Below, piece by piece: positions 29,960-39,628 of a DNA stretch of 64,000 bases. The notes below the pieces were generated by a model that worked only from the letters and a program-made list of their open reading frames with translations, did not search any database and was not told the origin of the DNA. Made by a program: the position numbers and the translations under genes. Source of the DNA: an uncultured virus (IMG/VR IMGVR_UViG_3300022555_000014) (lineage: Duplodnaviria; Heunggongvirae; Uroviricota; Caudoviricetes). The stretch's first letter is position 1. Each line of letters begins with the position of its first letter. The stretch lies in the IMG/VR virus record IMGVR_UViG_3300022555_000014; one strand, given 5' to 3'.

Positions 29960-30599
29960 ATGATAGAGTACACTCCTGGAATTACCATCGAACGAGTTAC
30001 TTCTGGATTCTTTCGTTTAAGTGGCGACTCGATGATGTACGACCGTCGCCTAACAGACACCACCAACGGTAACGTCGCTCACGTCCGGCACAATGATAAT
30101 GGTCAACTTGCAGTTTACAGTAAAGACGGCGTTCTTGTAACTACCAAGACGTACAAAACCCTCTGTAAACCCTCTGTAAACCCTCTGGCAAGCCCACAAC
30201 GCTGCTGCTAAATACTTGGAGTTTGAACGTGGGTTACCCAAGTTTAAGGACAAGCTCACTACTCTCAACCATCTCAACCCCCAAGGAGGTGAACTAGTAA
30301 CTATTCCGGTTAACACTCAACGTACTGTTCTAGTAACCTACTGTAAACACGTCTGGGTGTCCGAAGTACCCCGTGACGTATGTCACTCTATGGATCAATT
30401 ACAGGTGGAGAATATTGTAGTAGTTGTGGTCAACATGCTGTTAGGAATTGATTTTATCAACACTATTGAGAAATACCTCCGTGACGTATGTCACATTCCT
30501 ACAGCAAAGATTGTAACCTTCAATGTGTTGGAACAAGTTCCTCCTGAGAATTCCTGGGTTAATCAACTTCTGCTGCCGCCTGAAATCCGTTATCTTTGA
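29960..30599 (+). pseudogene. single gene frameshifted by an 11-bp tandem repeat
   Basis: (AAACCCTCTGT)2 AAACCCTCTGG at 30156-30188; with one copy the frame reads YKTLWQAHNAAAKYLEFERG, joining track ORFs 29960..30211 and 30216..30599. Confidence 0.7.
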
Positions 30600-30614
30600 G
30601 AGTTGGAAGCAGCC

Positions 30615-31139
30615 ATGAAAAAACTAACCAAAATGAAGAGTCTCCTCACCCGTAAACAGGCTGTACAACAGAAAAAGGACGCGGCTGATCGAGCTAGAAT
30701 CGCTGCTAACATTGAAAAGTATGGACAGCACCTAGTTGGTGTGATGGAACCAGACTCTGACTTACTGCCGTTCACCTACAGTGTTGGCATGCATCAACTA
30801 GGTCTACCTGAGATTCTGATCATAGGACTTGAGCCAGGGATGGTAGCAGGAGTAATCAATCACTTGTGCGACATCCAACGTAGTAGAGGAGTTGGCTATA
30901 AAGACGGTGAGTTGATTGACATCGGTGGTAAATATCCAGTCAAAGCTATTGACGTTACAGGGTACGCTAATATGTTTGTCACCTTCTCACCTTGGTATTA
31001 CGGTCAACCTGTAAAAAGTGTACAAATCCTAGTCCCTGACAAGAAAGGTATATTCCCTGATGACAGTAAGTGTGACCCACTTTACGGCTTTGTCCCGATT
31101 CTAAACCCTCACCACTCCAAGAGTAAGAAACTGCACTGA
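30615..31139 (+). CDS. DUF4262-like protein
   Basis: IEKYG..V.V, PFTYSVG...GLPEILIIGL, QILVPDKKGIFP. Confidence 0.75.
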   Translation: MKKLTKMKSLLTRKQAVQQKKDAADRARIAANIEKYGQHLVGVMEPDSDLLPFTYSVGMHQLGLPEILIIGLEPGMVAGVINHLCDIQRSRGVGYKDGELIDIGGKYPVKAIDVTGYANMFVTFSPWYYGQPVKSVQILVPDKKGIFPDDSKCDPLYGFVPILNPHHSKSKKLH

Positions 31140-31198
31140 CGGAGTTTGGACTCTTCTGGTCAGGGAGTCCATTTACTCTTTTTAAGAGAGGTGTACCT

Positions 31199-32194
31199 AT
31201 GCAGACCCAAACCCTACAAACCCTTAATCCAGTCAACTGTGAAGTACTAGACGTTGAAGAGGTTAAACAGCATTTGGAAAGCGGACTGTCCGCAAGTTTT
31301 TTAGCGAGCTACTACAACATAAATAGTAATAGTTTCCTGGTTTGGATGAAGAAACAAGGGTTAGAAGACTACATTGGAAAGTCTACTCGTGTAGACAAAG
31401 TTCTAGACCCTGAACTAGAAACTATTAAAGAAAGGTTGGAAGCAGGAGAACCTCCTCATAAAATAGTTAATTACTACGACTGTTCTAGTAGCTCCTTTAA
31501 CACATGGTTACGAAAACAAGGACTCGGTGACTACATTAGATATCGCACAGATATAGCTACTCTACTACCTGAGTTGGAGCGTATTAAGGAAAAGCTAGAA
31601 GCAGGAGAATCTTCCCACTCTATAGCTATTCAGTACAACGTAAGCCATCAAGGGTTTACTAACTTGTTACGCAGTAATGGTCTAGGTACCTACATTAGGA
31701 CGATGAAAAACATAGACTCTTACCTTTCTTCAGAGTTTGACACCATTAAAGAGCTATTGGAATTAGGAGAATCTGCTCGCTCTGTAGCTATCAAGTATGA
31801 CATAAACCCTGGAGCCCTTTGTGGTTGGCTTAGACGCCATGGCTTAGGTGACTATATTGAAAGTTTCCGCAAGAGACTAGTCTATACAGATGACGATAAG
31901 GCTACAATAGTGAAGATGTTTATGTCTGGACAAAATCCAAGTAGTATCTGTAACACCTTAAACAAGGACAATTTAGGACCACCACATTTATTCTGTACAA
32001 TTAGCTTATTGTTGCTCAGACTTATTGGTAAAGATACCTACTCACATCAGATAAACCTTAACAGGCGAGTCAACACTTCGCAAGCTACAACTAAAATTCA
32101 TCTCTCTGGAGTTGACGGTGGAAAAAGAGGTAAAGGTCCTGGCAGTAGACTCACTGCACTTGCCGGACATTCTAAATACTACCGAGGCAACTGA
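31199..32194 (+). CDS. multi-HTH repeat DNA-binding protein
   Basis: Repeated units of about 53 aa, LE.GES...IA..Y.....WLR..GLG.YI. Confidence 0.75.
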   Translation: MQTQTLQTLNPVNCEVLDVEEVKQHLESGLSASFLASYYNINSNSFLVWMKKQGLEDYIGKSTRVDKVLDPELETIKERLEAGEPPHKIVNYYDCSSSSFNTWLRKQGLGDYIRYRTDIATLLPELERIKEKLEAGESSHSIAIQYNVSHQGFTNLLRSNGLGTYIRTMKNIDSYLSSEFDTIKELLELGESARSVAIKYDINPGALCGWLRRHGLGDYIESFRKRLVYTDDDKATIVKMFMSGQNPSSICNTLNKDNLGPPHLFCTISLLLLRLIGKDTYSHQINLNRRVNTSQATTKIHLSGVDGGKRGKGPGSRLTALAGHSKYYRGN

Positions 32195-32214
32195 CTTACA
32201 AAAGGAGAATCGTC

Positions 32215-33192
32215 ATGGCAACAATGGACTCAGTTCAGACTCTTTACCGAGACTTTATGGATGCTATAGGTAAAGTGCTTAAGAGTCCTAAAACTGAAAA
32301 CGCTATCAATCCTAAGTACCAATTGAATCAATTAAACAGATTGAACGTATCTCAAGTCCTTGACTTCTTGGACATCTTGAAACCTGAGTCAACACAGGGT
32401 AACGGAGTTAACGTAGTCAAAGCTGTGAATGCTTTCAATCAGGGTTTGCTGAGACTACCTTACTCCAACTGTCTATTTCTCATGCAATCTTCTGAAGACT
32501 TTAAAGATATACGATGTTTAGTCCAGCTAGCGGAGTTTGACAATGAATCCAATCCGCATCCCTATTATGAACCAACTCCAGAACAACTGCCTAAACAATC
32601 AAAATACCTGTCAATAACTGTTTATATCTATGTTGAGAAAGGCCATATTCGTGAAGACGGAGTCGCTATACCAGCAGGTATGAGCCCTCCTCCTTTAATG
32701 GAAGTGTTTCTATTTCCTAACCCTCAAGACATGAATGACCTAACCAAGTTCCTTGTTTATTTTGACATGTTCTACAGTCTGTCTGCCGACCAACAACATA
32801 GTGCTGTTACTTCCTTTCAACACACATGTTTTTACAGCTTAGAGAATTTACTACTCTTGCACACCAGTGACATCAAACTGAAAGGTTATGTAGACAAGAA
32901 AAGCAACCAACTCCGTAGACTTCGTGGTTTAGCGCCCTTGAAGAACTACTACATCACTGTTCTTAACCCTGATAAAAAGAAGGTGTTTGAGCGGCAGTTA
33001 CCTAAAGGAAGTCACGCTTCTCCTATAACACACGAACGTCGTGGTCATGACCGCACTTATTCTGACGGTAGAAGAGTTTGGGTTGCTCCAGTAACTGTTA
33101 ATAAAGACAAAGGTACACCAGTCGCTCGTCACTACAAGGTTGAACCTTCAAACGGAGATAAGGGCAATGTCAGTGGCATCGAAGAAATGTGA
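32215..33192 (+). CDS. conserved phage protein with C-terminal SPxxHxRRGH motif
   Basis: HASPITHERRGHDR...VWV. Confidence 0.7.
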   Translation: MATMDSVQTLYRDFMDAIGKVLKSPKTENAINPKYQLNQLNRLNVSQVLDFLDILKPESTQGNGVNVVKAVNAFNQGLLRLPYSNCLFLMQSSEDFKDIRCLVQLAEFDNESNPHPYYEPTPEQLPKQSKYLSITVYIYVEKGHIREDGVAIPAGMSPPPLMEVFLFPNPQDMNDLTKFLVYFDMFYSLSADQQHSAVTSFQHTCFYSLENLLLLHTSDIKLKGYVDKKSNQLRRLRGLAPLKNYYITVLNPDKKKVFERQLPKGSHASPITHERRGHDRTYSDGRRVWVAPVTVNKDKGTPVARHYKVEPSNGDKGNVSGIEEM

Positions 33193-33607
33193 CCGTGGGT
33201 CGTCAGTCGAAGTAACCTTTCTCCCTGGTGGAGCGTGTAATCTGTACGTAGTACCAGCAGAAGATTGGGAGACTTACGCTGGATTCCGCTTTAAGAAAGA
33301 ACACAGAACGATCAACCTTTTACTTGATCGTTCTGAGGCCGCAGAGTTTGGAGCTATCTTGACCCAGGGGTGGTCGGTAATATCTGACCCAGAAGGTATT
33401 CTACAACGAGGAATGTTTCCAGGTTGTATTCCGTTCTTGAGAGGATACGTTGCTGCAGCAATGTCTGTAACAGGAGGAATAGCTATATCTGCTTCTGGTA
33501 TAAACGGACCAACCTCAGTTCGTGCCGTTATTACGGAAAGAGAATTGCTGGAAATCGGGAGAGCAATACTCTGTCACACAAATATTGGTGTATCAGAACT
33601 CCTGTGA
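33167..33607 (+). CDS. hypothetical protein
   Basis: ORF overlapping the upstream stop. Confidence 0.55.
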   Translation: MSVASKKCDRGSSVEVTFLPGGACNLYVVPAEDWETYAGFRFKKEHRTINLLLDRSEAAEFGAILTQGWSVISDPEGILQRGMFPGCIPFLRGYVAAAMSVTGGIAISASGINGPTSVRAVITERELLEIGRAILCHTNIGVSELL

Positions 33608-33649
33608 CCTTGAGCTACAGTAAAATACACCAAACTAACGGAGACTACA

Positions 33650-34345
33650 ATGACAGACAAATTCGATCACATTAACAAGAAAATAGTAGAGTGTAAAACT
33701 ACAAGAGAGGTTTTGGCTACAGCACCACCAACTGCTGAGGTAGGTGTATGGGAAGAGGCTCAGGCTAAAATAGCTTCTCTTACGGAGAGAGTTCGGAGTT
33801 TGAATTGGCACACGTTGTTCTCCTTCACAATTAACAACACTAAATATGACTTGATCAAGTTTAACACTCTTGACACTTATATGGTGGTAAAGCCAGGAAT
33901 GACTGACGACCCTATGGAAGAGGTGCGTCCTACTAACAATGTTTACTTCTTCCTGTCTCTAGAAGAAACCTCCTATTCTGAAAAGTTAAAGCTCAATAAG
34001 AAATCAGCGTACAACCGTCCTATCTGGCAATGCACGGAGATCGGTACCTCAAACGCAGTACAGGGTGGTGGTATTGCCAAGACAGTACTGCTATGGTTGT
34101 TGAAGGATCAAAAGAAAATCTTGTGCTCTGGTCCGAACGAGTTCTTCCCTGCTAGAGTTGGTTGGTCTAGAATTTCTAACCGTCTAGACTTAGTCTGCGA
34201 TTTAGTTGACATAGACAAATACCAAGTCTTGCAAGACTTGGTAAAAGTCCACCAGGGCTTAAAAGATTCCGACTTTGATAAACGTTTGTGGGATTACGGT
34301 AACTTGCGTAACCACGTCCTATTAGTTGTTAGAGACGTTGTCTAG
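33650..34345 (+). CDS. GNAT-like protein, paralog of 12468..13145
   Basis: VQGGGIAK motif; NWHTL, DLVDI and FDKRLW blocks shared with the paralog. Confidence 0.6.
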   Translation: MTDKFDHINKKIVECKTTREVLATAPPTAEVGVWEEAQAKIASLTERVRSLNWHTLFSFTINNTKYDLIKFNTLDTYMVVKPGMTDDPMEEVRPTNNVYFFLSLEETSYSEKLKLNKKSAYNRPIWQCTEIGTSNAVQGGGIAKTVLLWLLKDQKKILCSGPNEFFPARVGWSRISNRLDLVCDLVDIDKYQVLQDLVKVHQGLKDSDFDKRLWDYGNLRNHVLLVVRDVV

Positions 34346-34404
34346 TCCGATGAGACAGATACGGATTACATTGAACCTCAACTCTGAAAAAGGAGTACCT
34401 AAAA

Positions 34405-35394
34405 ATGTTGCTGAACTTCGAAGCCTCTAACGTTTTGTGTTTCCAGAACGCTGTAGAGTTTTCTATGGTATCGAAAGACTCTACAGACGAGAATCTGCAA
34501 CCGTTAAATGTTGCCGCTGTGTTTGGAGCTAACAATCATGGTAAGACTTCTTTGTTTAGGTCTGTAGGAACGCTTAAGGATTGTGTTCTAACTGGCAGTA
34601 TTTTACCTGTGGTTCCTTTCAATACTAGTAGGGATACTACTTTGGAAGTAGTCTTTCGTCACCTTGGGGTTGACTATCAGTACGGATTGCATCTAAACAC
34701 TGAGTCTATTCTAGAGGAGTGGCTATTCAGCGGTGACACTTTGATTTTCCAAGTAGTTACTGAAACTACAGGTGAACGCGTGTGCGAGACCTCGTTGACT
34801 GTACCGCTTACTGAATGGCCTTGCGGCCAACTCTTGCTGTCGTACCTCAATTACCATGAGGTAATTGCACCAGTTTACTCTTGGTTTGAAGACGTGTTGG
34901 TAACACAAGCTCCTACTTTTGGTAGTGTACAAGATGCTTGTGTTAACGATCCAAAGCTAGCAACGTTTGTACAAAAGTTTTTAGAGGCTAGTGACGTAGC
35001 AGAAAACTCAATTTTTGTAGAATCTAGTAGTGTACAACAACTTAGTAACCTAGCCTACTTACTGTACAAGGCTACTAAGGAGAATAAAGTTATTTTCCTA
35101 GACGGGTTTGACGTAGGTTTACATTTAAATCTCAGTCTGGAAATTGTACGCTGGTTTACTAGACATGTTAACACTAACAGTCAGTTTGTTTTTAGTACCC
35201 ACAACACACTCCTTCTTGACTATCTACGCCGAGATTCTATTTGGTTTGTAAAGAAAGATTCTCTTGGAGACTCTTCCCTTTACTCTTTACTTGAGTTTAA
35301 AAAGCGTGAAAGCCAAACTGTTTCGAAGGACTACTTACAAGGGCGCTTTGATGGAGTTCCGTTCCTTAACTTCGATTCTTTGACTAGTGACTGA
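34405..35394 (+). CDS. RloA/AAA_21-like ABC ATPase (degenerate)
   Basis: AAVFGANNHGKTS, YQYG...ILEEWL, FLDGFD.GLH, QFVFSTHN, RRDSIWFV.K, YLQGRFDGVP. Confidence 0.8.
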   Translation: MLLNFEASNVLCFQNAVEFSMVSKDSTDENLQPLNVAAVFGANNHGKTSLFRSVGTLKDCVLTGSILPVVPFNTSRDTTLEVVFRHLGVDYQYGLHLNTESILEEWLFSGDTLIFQVVTETTGERVCETSLTVPLTEWPCGQLLLSYLNYHEVIAPVYSWFEDVLVTQAPTFGSVQDACVNDPKLATFVQKFLEASDVAENSIFVESSSVQQLSNLAYLLYKATKENKVIFLDGFDVGLHLNLSLEIVRWFTRHVNTNSQFVFSTHNTLLLDYLRRDSIWFVKKDSLGDSSLYSLLEFKKRESQTVSKDYLQGRFDGVPFLNFDSLTSD

Positions 35395-35484
35395 TCTGAA
35401 AGTAACACCTTGTTAAAATTGTTCTTGACAAGCAGACAGGTTAGTGGTACACTGGTTTTTCAACTGTTGCTACGGAGACAACTC

Positions 35485-35904
35485 ATGGTTCCTAAAACGC
35501 TAACGATTATAGCTGTGTGTGGTTTGCTTTACTACATCTTAGGAGAAGATGTACTTTGGTTTGACGACCATGCCGCTTTATCCATGTGGATAGTAGTTGC
35601 TGCTACTGTTATAGCAATAATGTTTATCATTTCAATGATCTTTGACGAATACGAAGGTTGGTTTTTAAATTTAATCATTATTGGTCTGTGTTCAGTTTTA
35701 TTTTCTCTTGTGCGTGTCGAAAAAGTGAACTACGCACTATGTTTAACTAAACCTGCTTGTGCCGAGTCTAAGCAACAAACTACTGAAAAAACTCTATCTG
35801 AAAAGAAGAAGTTTTGTCAAAGTTTTGTCTCTTACTTAAATACTCTTTCTGATGAAGAAAAAGTAACTGCTTTGCGTTTAACCAGAACCCTTTGCAACTA
35901 CTAA
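35485..35904 (+). CDS. membrane protein
   Basis: Three hydrophobic helices; GGAG RBS; upstream TTGACA...TACACT promoter. Confidence 0.65.
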   Translation: MVPKTLTIIAVCGLLYYILGEDVLWFDDHAALSMWIVVAATVIAIMFIISMIFDEYEGWFLNLIIIGLCSVLFSLVRVEKVNYALCLTKPACAESKQQTTEKTLSEKKKFCQSFVSYLNTLSDEEKVTALRLTRTLCNY

Positions 35905-35919
35905 TTGGGGAAGTTGATC

Positions 35920-36207
35920 ATGCAAAGAGTTGAATTGCCTATAAGCTTGGAAGAAGTGGTAGAGCTATATAACAGCGGCAAGTCTATCAAAAAGATAGCA
36001 GACTATCTAGGTGTGAGTGCTTGGACCCTGCACGATAGGCTTAGGAAAGCAGATGTTAAACTACGCCCTATAGGACGAAATCCTAAGCCTATCGACCTAG
36101 ATAAAGTTAGAAAATTGCGTAATGAGGGTGTAAGTTGGGCTAATATTAGTATAGAGTTGGGCTTGTGTAGGGAAAGTCTAAGAGTGCGCTTTGAAAAAGC
36201 AGCTTAA
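35920..36207 (+). CDS. tandem HTH protein
   Basis: LYNSGKSIKKIADYLGVS; second unit LRNEGVSWANIS. Confidence 0.75.
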   Translation: MQRVELPISLEEVVELYNSGKSIKKIADYLGVSAWTLHDRLRKADVKLRPIGRNPKPIDLDKVRKLRNEGVSWANISIELGLCRESLRVRFEKAA

Positions 36208-36231
36208 CGCTGTAAAAGGAGGGATAAACCG

Positions 36232-36870
36232 ATGCCTATTAGTACCGAGCTAAAGCAACGTGTGTACGACCTGTACGCTAGTGGAAAAACTTTGTTGCAG
36301 GTTAGTCAAGCAACTGGAGTTGGTGTACCGATTGTAAGAGAAATAGTAAGACCTATTATTAGAAAGGCGGGTGGCGTCCACTTAAAAAAGTTTGACCGAG
36401 AGGAAGCCGAAAAACTCTATTCAGAAGGTAAAAGTCTGCGAGAGGTCGGTAGGCTATTAGGTGTAAGTTACGAAGCGGTTCGTTTGGTTCTTTCTAACAC
36501 TAGAACTCCAGGTTTTTATAAGTATCCGGATACTTACGTTAGTTCTGATGTGGTGGTTAAAGAGTTTGTTGATGGCTTATCTATGATTGCAATTTCTGAG
36601 AAATACGATGTAACTATAGGTTATGTCCGACAGACATTGACATCTGCTGGACTAAACACTATTAGAAATTATGATAATAAGGCCAAACTTGATCTTGATG
36701 AAGACAAGTTAGTAGAACTCTACGAAAGCGGTAAAAGTTTATCTAAGCTTAGCACTATGTTTGGAGTAAGTGTCACCACCATACAACGCAGACTTAAAGA
36801 TAACGGTGTGGTTATGCATCCTCCTGGTACTAAATTCTTTGTAAAAGAAGATGAACAAATCAGTGCTTGA
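36232..36870 (+). CDS. four-repeat HTH protein
   Basis: Repeated LY.SGKSL..V....GVS units. Confidence 0.8.
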   Translation: MPISTELKQRVYDLYASGKTLLQVSQATGVGVPIVREIVRPIIRKAGGVHLKKFDREEAEKLYSEGKSLREVGRLLGVSYEAVRLVLSNTRTPGFYKYPDTYVSSDVVVKEFVDGLSMIAISEKYDVTIGYVRQTLTSAGLNTIRNYDNKAKLDLDEDKLVELYESGKSLSKLSTMFGVSVTTIQRRLKDNGVVMHPPGTKFFVKEDEQISA

Positions 36871-37063
36871 CAGCCAGGTAATCCTGTGGTAATATCATCG
36901 TCATCACATCTCCAAGGAGATAAATGACCCATGACCCCTTCACCAAGGGCTGCCCTACAATCCACACTATCTACGGACCAATTGACATTGCATACCTCAA
37001 AGAGTGTCAAAATCTAGCAGCTTGAAGGTCAAATCCTTAGCCGAAGGCAAACAGGAGGTTTTT

Positions 37064-37483
37064 ATGCCAACTCCCTTAACAACTTCTGAAGAAGACCTAA
37101 TATGTCGTGACTATAAGTCTGGCGAATCGTTAGATTCGATATGCAAGACTTATAAAATAGGCATAACTCAGTTAAAGAAGTTGTTGAAGGAGTCTGGTGT
37201 AAAACAGCCTAAGAAAGACATAGACTTTTCCACTTTGGCTAAAGACTACGAAAAAGGAAAATCGCTAAAAACTCTAGCTGTTGAGAACAACGTGTCTCTA
37301 TCTCACATGTGGTGCGGTCTTAGGGATAAGGTAAAATTTAGAGATAAAGGTAGAAATCGTAAGTTTGACTACGCTTATGCAAAACACCTTTACTCAAGCG
37401 GTTTGACCTTCAGAGATATAGCTAAGCTATTGGATGTCAGTCCAGAAGCCGTACGTCTAGTAATAACTCAACTACAAAAGTAA
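37064..37483 (+). CDS. three-repeat HTH protein
   Basis: YKSGESL, YEKGKSL, YSSGLTF units; AGGAGG RBS. Confidence 0.8.
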   Translation: MPTPLTTSEEDLICRDYKSGESLDSICKTYKIGITQLKKLLKESGVKQPKKDIDFSTLAKDYEKGKSLKTLAVENNVSLSHMWCGLRDKVKFRDKGRNRKFDYAYAKHLYSSGLTFRDIAKLLDVSPEAVRLVITQLQK

Positions 37484-37488
37484 CCTTC

Positions 37489-37854
37489 ATGGAACACCGG
37501 GAACACAGGGAACTCAAGAACGCAAGTAGAGATTCTTTAGTCGTAAGTCTGTACACGTCAGGTAGTACCTACTCCGAGATAGTAGAAATTGTGAGTGTCA
37601 GCACCAAGACTGTACGAAAAATACTTAAACAGAACAACATTCCAATACGAAAGTCTGGATGTAGAGCGTTAGAGATTGATCTGGAAGCCATTGCTAAAGG
37701 CTACGAAAACGGTAAATCCCTTCTATATTTGAGTAAGGTCTTAGGAGTAAGCCACGACACTGTCTACCGACGCTTGAAAGAAGCCGGTTATCCAATTAAG
37801 AGAACTGTTGAAAAGGAACTAAGTAATGTCTGCAGAGACGAATTGGCCTCTTAG
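37489..37854 (+). CDS. tandem HTH protein
   Basis: LYTSGSTYSEI and YENGKSL...LGVSHDTVYRRL. Confidence 0.75.
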   Translation: MEHREHRELKNASRDSLVVSLYTSGSTYSEIVEIVSVSTKTVRKILKQNNIPIRKSGCRALEIDLEAIAKGYENGKSLLYLSKVLGVSHDTVYRRLKEAGYPIKRTVEKELSNVCRDELAS

Positions 37855-38782
37855 AAAAGAGGACCTTTACGATAGGTTTATTGTTCAGAATTTAAGCCAT
37901 AAGCAAATTGCTGACCAAGTAGGTGTCTCAGAATCTGCTGTGTCTGGATTGTTGTACCGGCTAAACATCTTTAAAAACAAAGAAGGGCGGACACCTGAAG
38001 AAATTGAACGTCGGAAGGAAGAGATTCGCTCTAGGCGAAGGGATCGTAGGCGTGAGCTTAGAAAAGACCCTGTCAAGGCTGAGCAAGAGTTGGAGCGTTT
38101 GAGGGTTATAGAAGAAGCTCGAGAAGAGGCTCGTCGTCTCAAGAAAGAAAAACAAGAACTGCGTCAACAGGCTAAGCAGGAAGCCAAATTAGGACGAATT
38201 GAAGCTGACTTACTACGGAAACAACGTAAGGAAGAAAAGCTTAAAGCTTCTGAGTTGAAAGAGAAATGTTCTCAACTAAAACAACAAGATAAGTTGTTTA
38301 AACAGAAGATGAAGGAGGCTAGGGTTAACGCTCGTGCTAACTCTAAGCTTCTAAAAGAGGCTCAGGAAGAACAAAAGAGGCTAGATAAGGTTGCCTTGCA
38401 GGAAGCTAAAAACCGAGCCAAAGAAGAATTGAAAATAGCCAAAGCTCTTGCTCGTGAATTGGCTAAAGCTTCTAAGTCGGTTAAGTCCCCTAAGACCGCC
38501 AGACTTGAGAAGGTCAACCCGGAACAAACTCCTGTGATTGTTGTGTCGGCGGCTACACAAGTTACTGAGGTTACTGTCGTTACTGATGTTGTAGAGGACT
38601 ACTTTAGTGTCCTAGCTGACCCTAAACAGCCAAAAGGGTGTAGGTTCATCCACGGAGACATTGGTCCTAAAGAGAACTGGAGCTTTTGTCAGCAGCCCAA
38701 GGTGTCAAACAGCAGCTACTGTAAAAAACATCACGATATATGTCACACAGGTTTCTTTCTGTCCTATAAGAAGGTAGCTTAA
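37826..38782 (+). CDS. gcrA: GcrA-like cell-cycle transcriptional regulator
   Basis: N-terminal HTH (LSHKQIADQVGVSESAVSGLLYRL), long charged linker, C-terminal CRFIHGD...FC..P....SYCKKH signature. Confidence 0.8.
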   Translation: MSAETNWPLRKEDLYDRFIVQNLSHKQIADQVGVSESAVSGLLYRLNIFKNKEGRTPEEIERRKEEIRSRRRDRRRELRKDPVKAEQELERLRVIEEAREEARRLKKEKQELRQQAKQEAKLGRIEADLLRKQRKEEKLKASELKEKCSQLKQQDKLFKQKMKEARVNARANSKLLKEAQEEQKRLDKVALQEAKNRAKEELKIAKALARELAKASKSVKSPKTARLEKVNPEQTPVIVVSAATQVTEVTVVTDVVEDYFSVLADPKQPKGCRFIHGDIGPKENWSFCQQPKVSNSSYCKKHHDICHTGFFLSYKKVA

Positions 38783-38864
38783 CTTAGAAAGAGCCAAGAG
38801 AAATTTCTCTTGACTCTTTCTCCCTAGTGTGATACATTATCGGATAATAAATAGGAGACTTAAA

Positions 38865-39206
38865 ATGGTGAATACCCCTGAAGAAGTGTACCCTGAATTT
38901 TTGATTGCAGAGAAGAAGCGCAAAGAGTCGTTGCACGCTAAGCTAACCCAAGAAATAAACTCCGGTTTAGTTTCTTGCTACAACTCTGGAAGCATGGTTT
39001 TGTTAAATCCTGTCTCTGACTTGGGAACAGCGGAAAATCCGTCAGACCTTCTGGTGTCTATACTTAACGAGTTTATTGCTGTTGGGTGGCATTTCCAACT
39101 AACTGGTTTTCATAGCTTAACTATGTTAAGCCTTAAGTTTTGGCCTAATCAGAAAGAATCTGCACCAGAATCTGGAACCTTCTTGATGAAAGGCTCAAGT
39201 AAATGA
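38865..39206 (+). CDS. hypothetical protein
   Basis: AGGAG RBS; upstream AAATTTCTCTTGACT promoter. Confidence 0.6.
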   Translation: MVNTPEEVYPEFLIAEKKRKESLHAKLTQEINSGLVSCYNSGSMVLLNPVSDLGTAENPSDLLVSILNEFIAVGWHFQLTGFHSLTMLSLKFWPNQKESAPESGTFLMKGSSK

Positions 39207-39628
39207 CTACTTTCCCTTTGGCTACCTATCAAGGCTACCAAGCCACTATAGAGTTTGCTGATAACCAAGTTCAAGCCTACTATATAGCGAGTGGAGTAAC
39301 AATCTACTGTAACGCCGATACTGCCGAGGATATGATTGCAGAATTTCATGCTTCAGTTGACAGACTGTTGGAAGATCAACAGCACACACAAGAATACATT
39401 GTTCCCGCAGAGATTAAGGAAGAAGTCAACCCCGAATCTTTCGTGACATTAACTATAACTGGCGCCATAGAGTTGGCGGCTCCTGTTAGGAAAGGCGCTT
39501 ACTTTTCAGCCTTTCTAACTAAACACGACATCCACGGTAACTACGTGTTCCGTACCGAGAAAGGCCATTTCGTCGGACATAGTAAGATCATTATGTCTAA
39601 TCTTACATTGAAAGCGGGTACTAAATGA
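39203..39628 (+). CDS. HicB-like antitoxin N-terminal domain protein
   Basis: YQGYQATIEF...T..A.T...EFHASVD matches the HicB YKGY..../F..SVD.YL pattern. Confidence 0.55.
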   Translation: MTTFPLATYQGYQATIEFADNQVQAYYIASGVTIYCNADTAEDMIAEFHASVDRLLEDQQHTQEYIVPAEIKEEVNPESFVTLTITGAIELAAPVRKGAYFSAFLTKHDIHGNYVFRTEKGHFVGHSKIIMSNLTLKAGTK

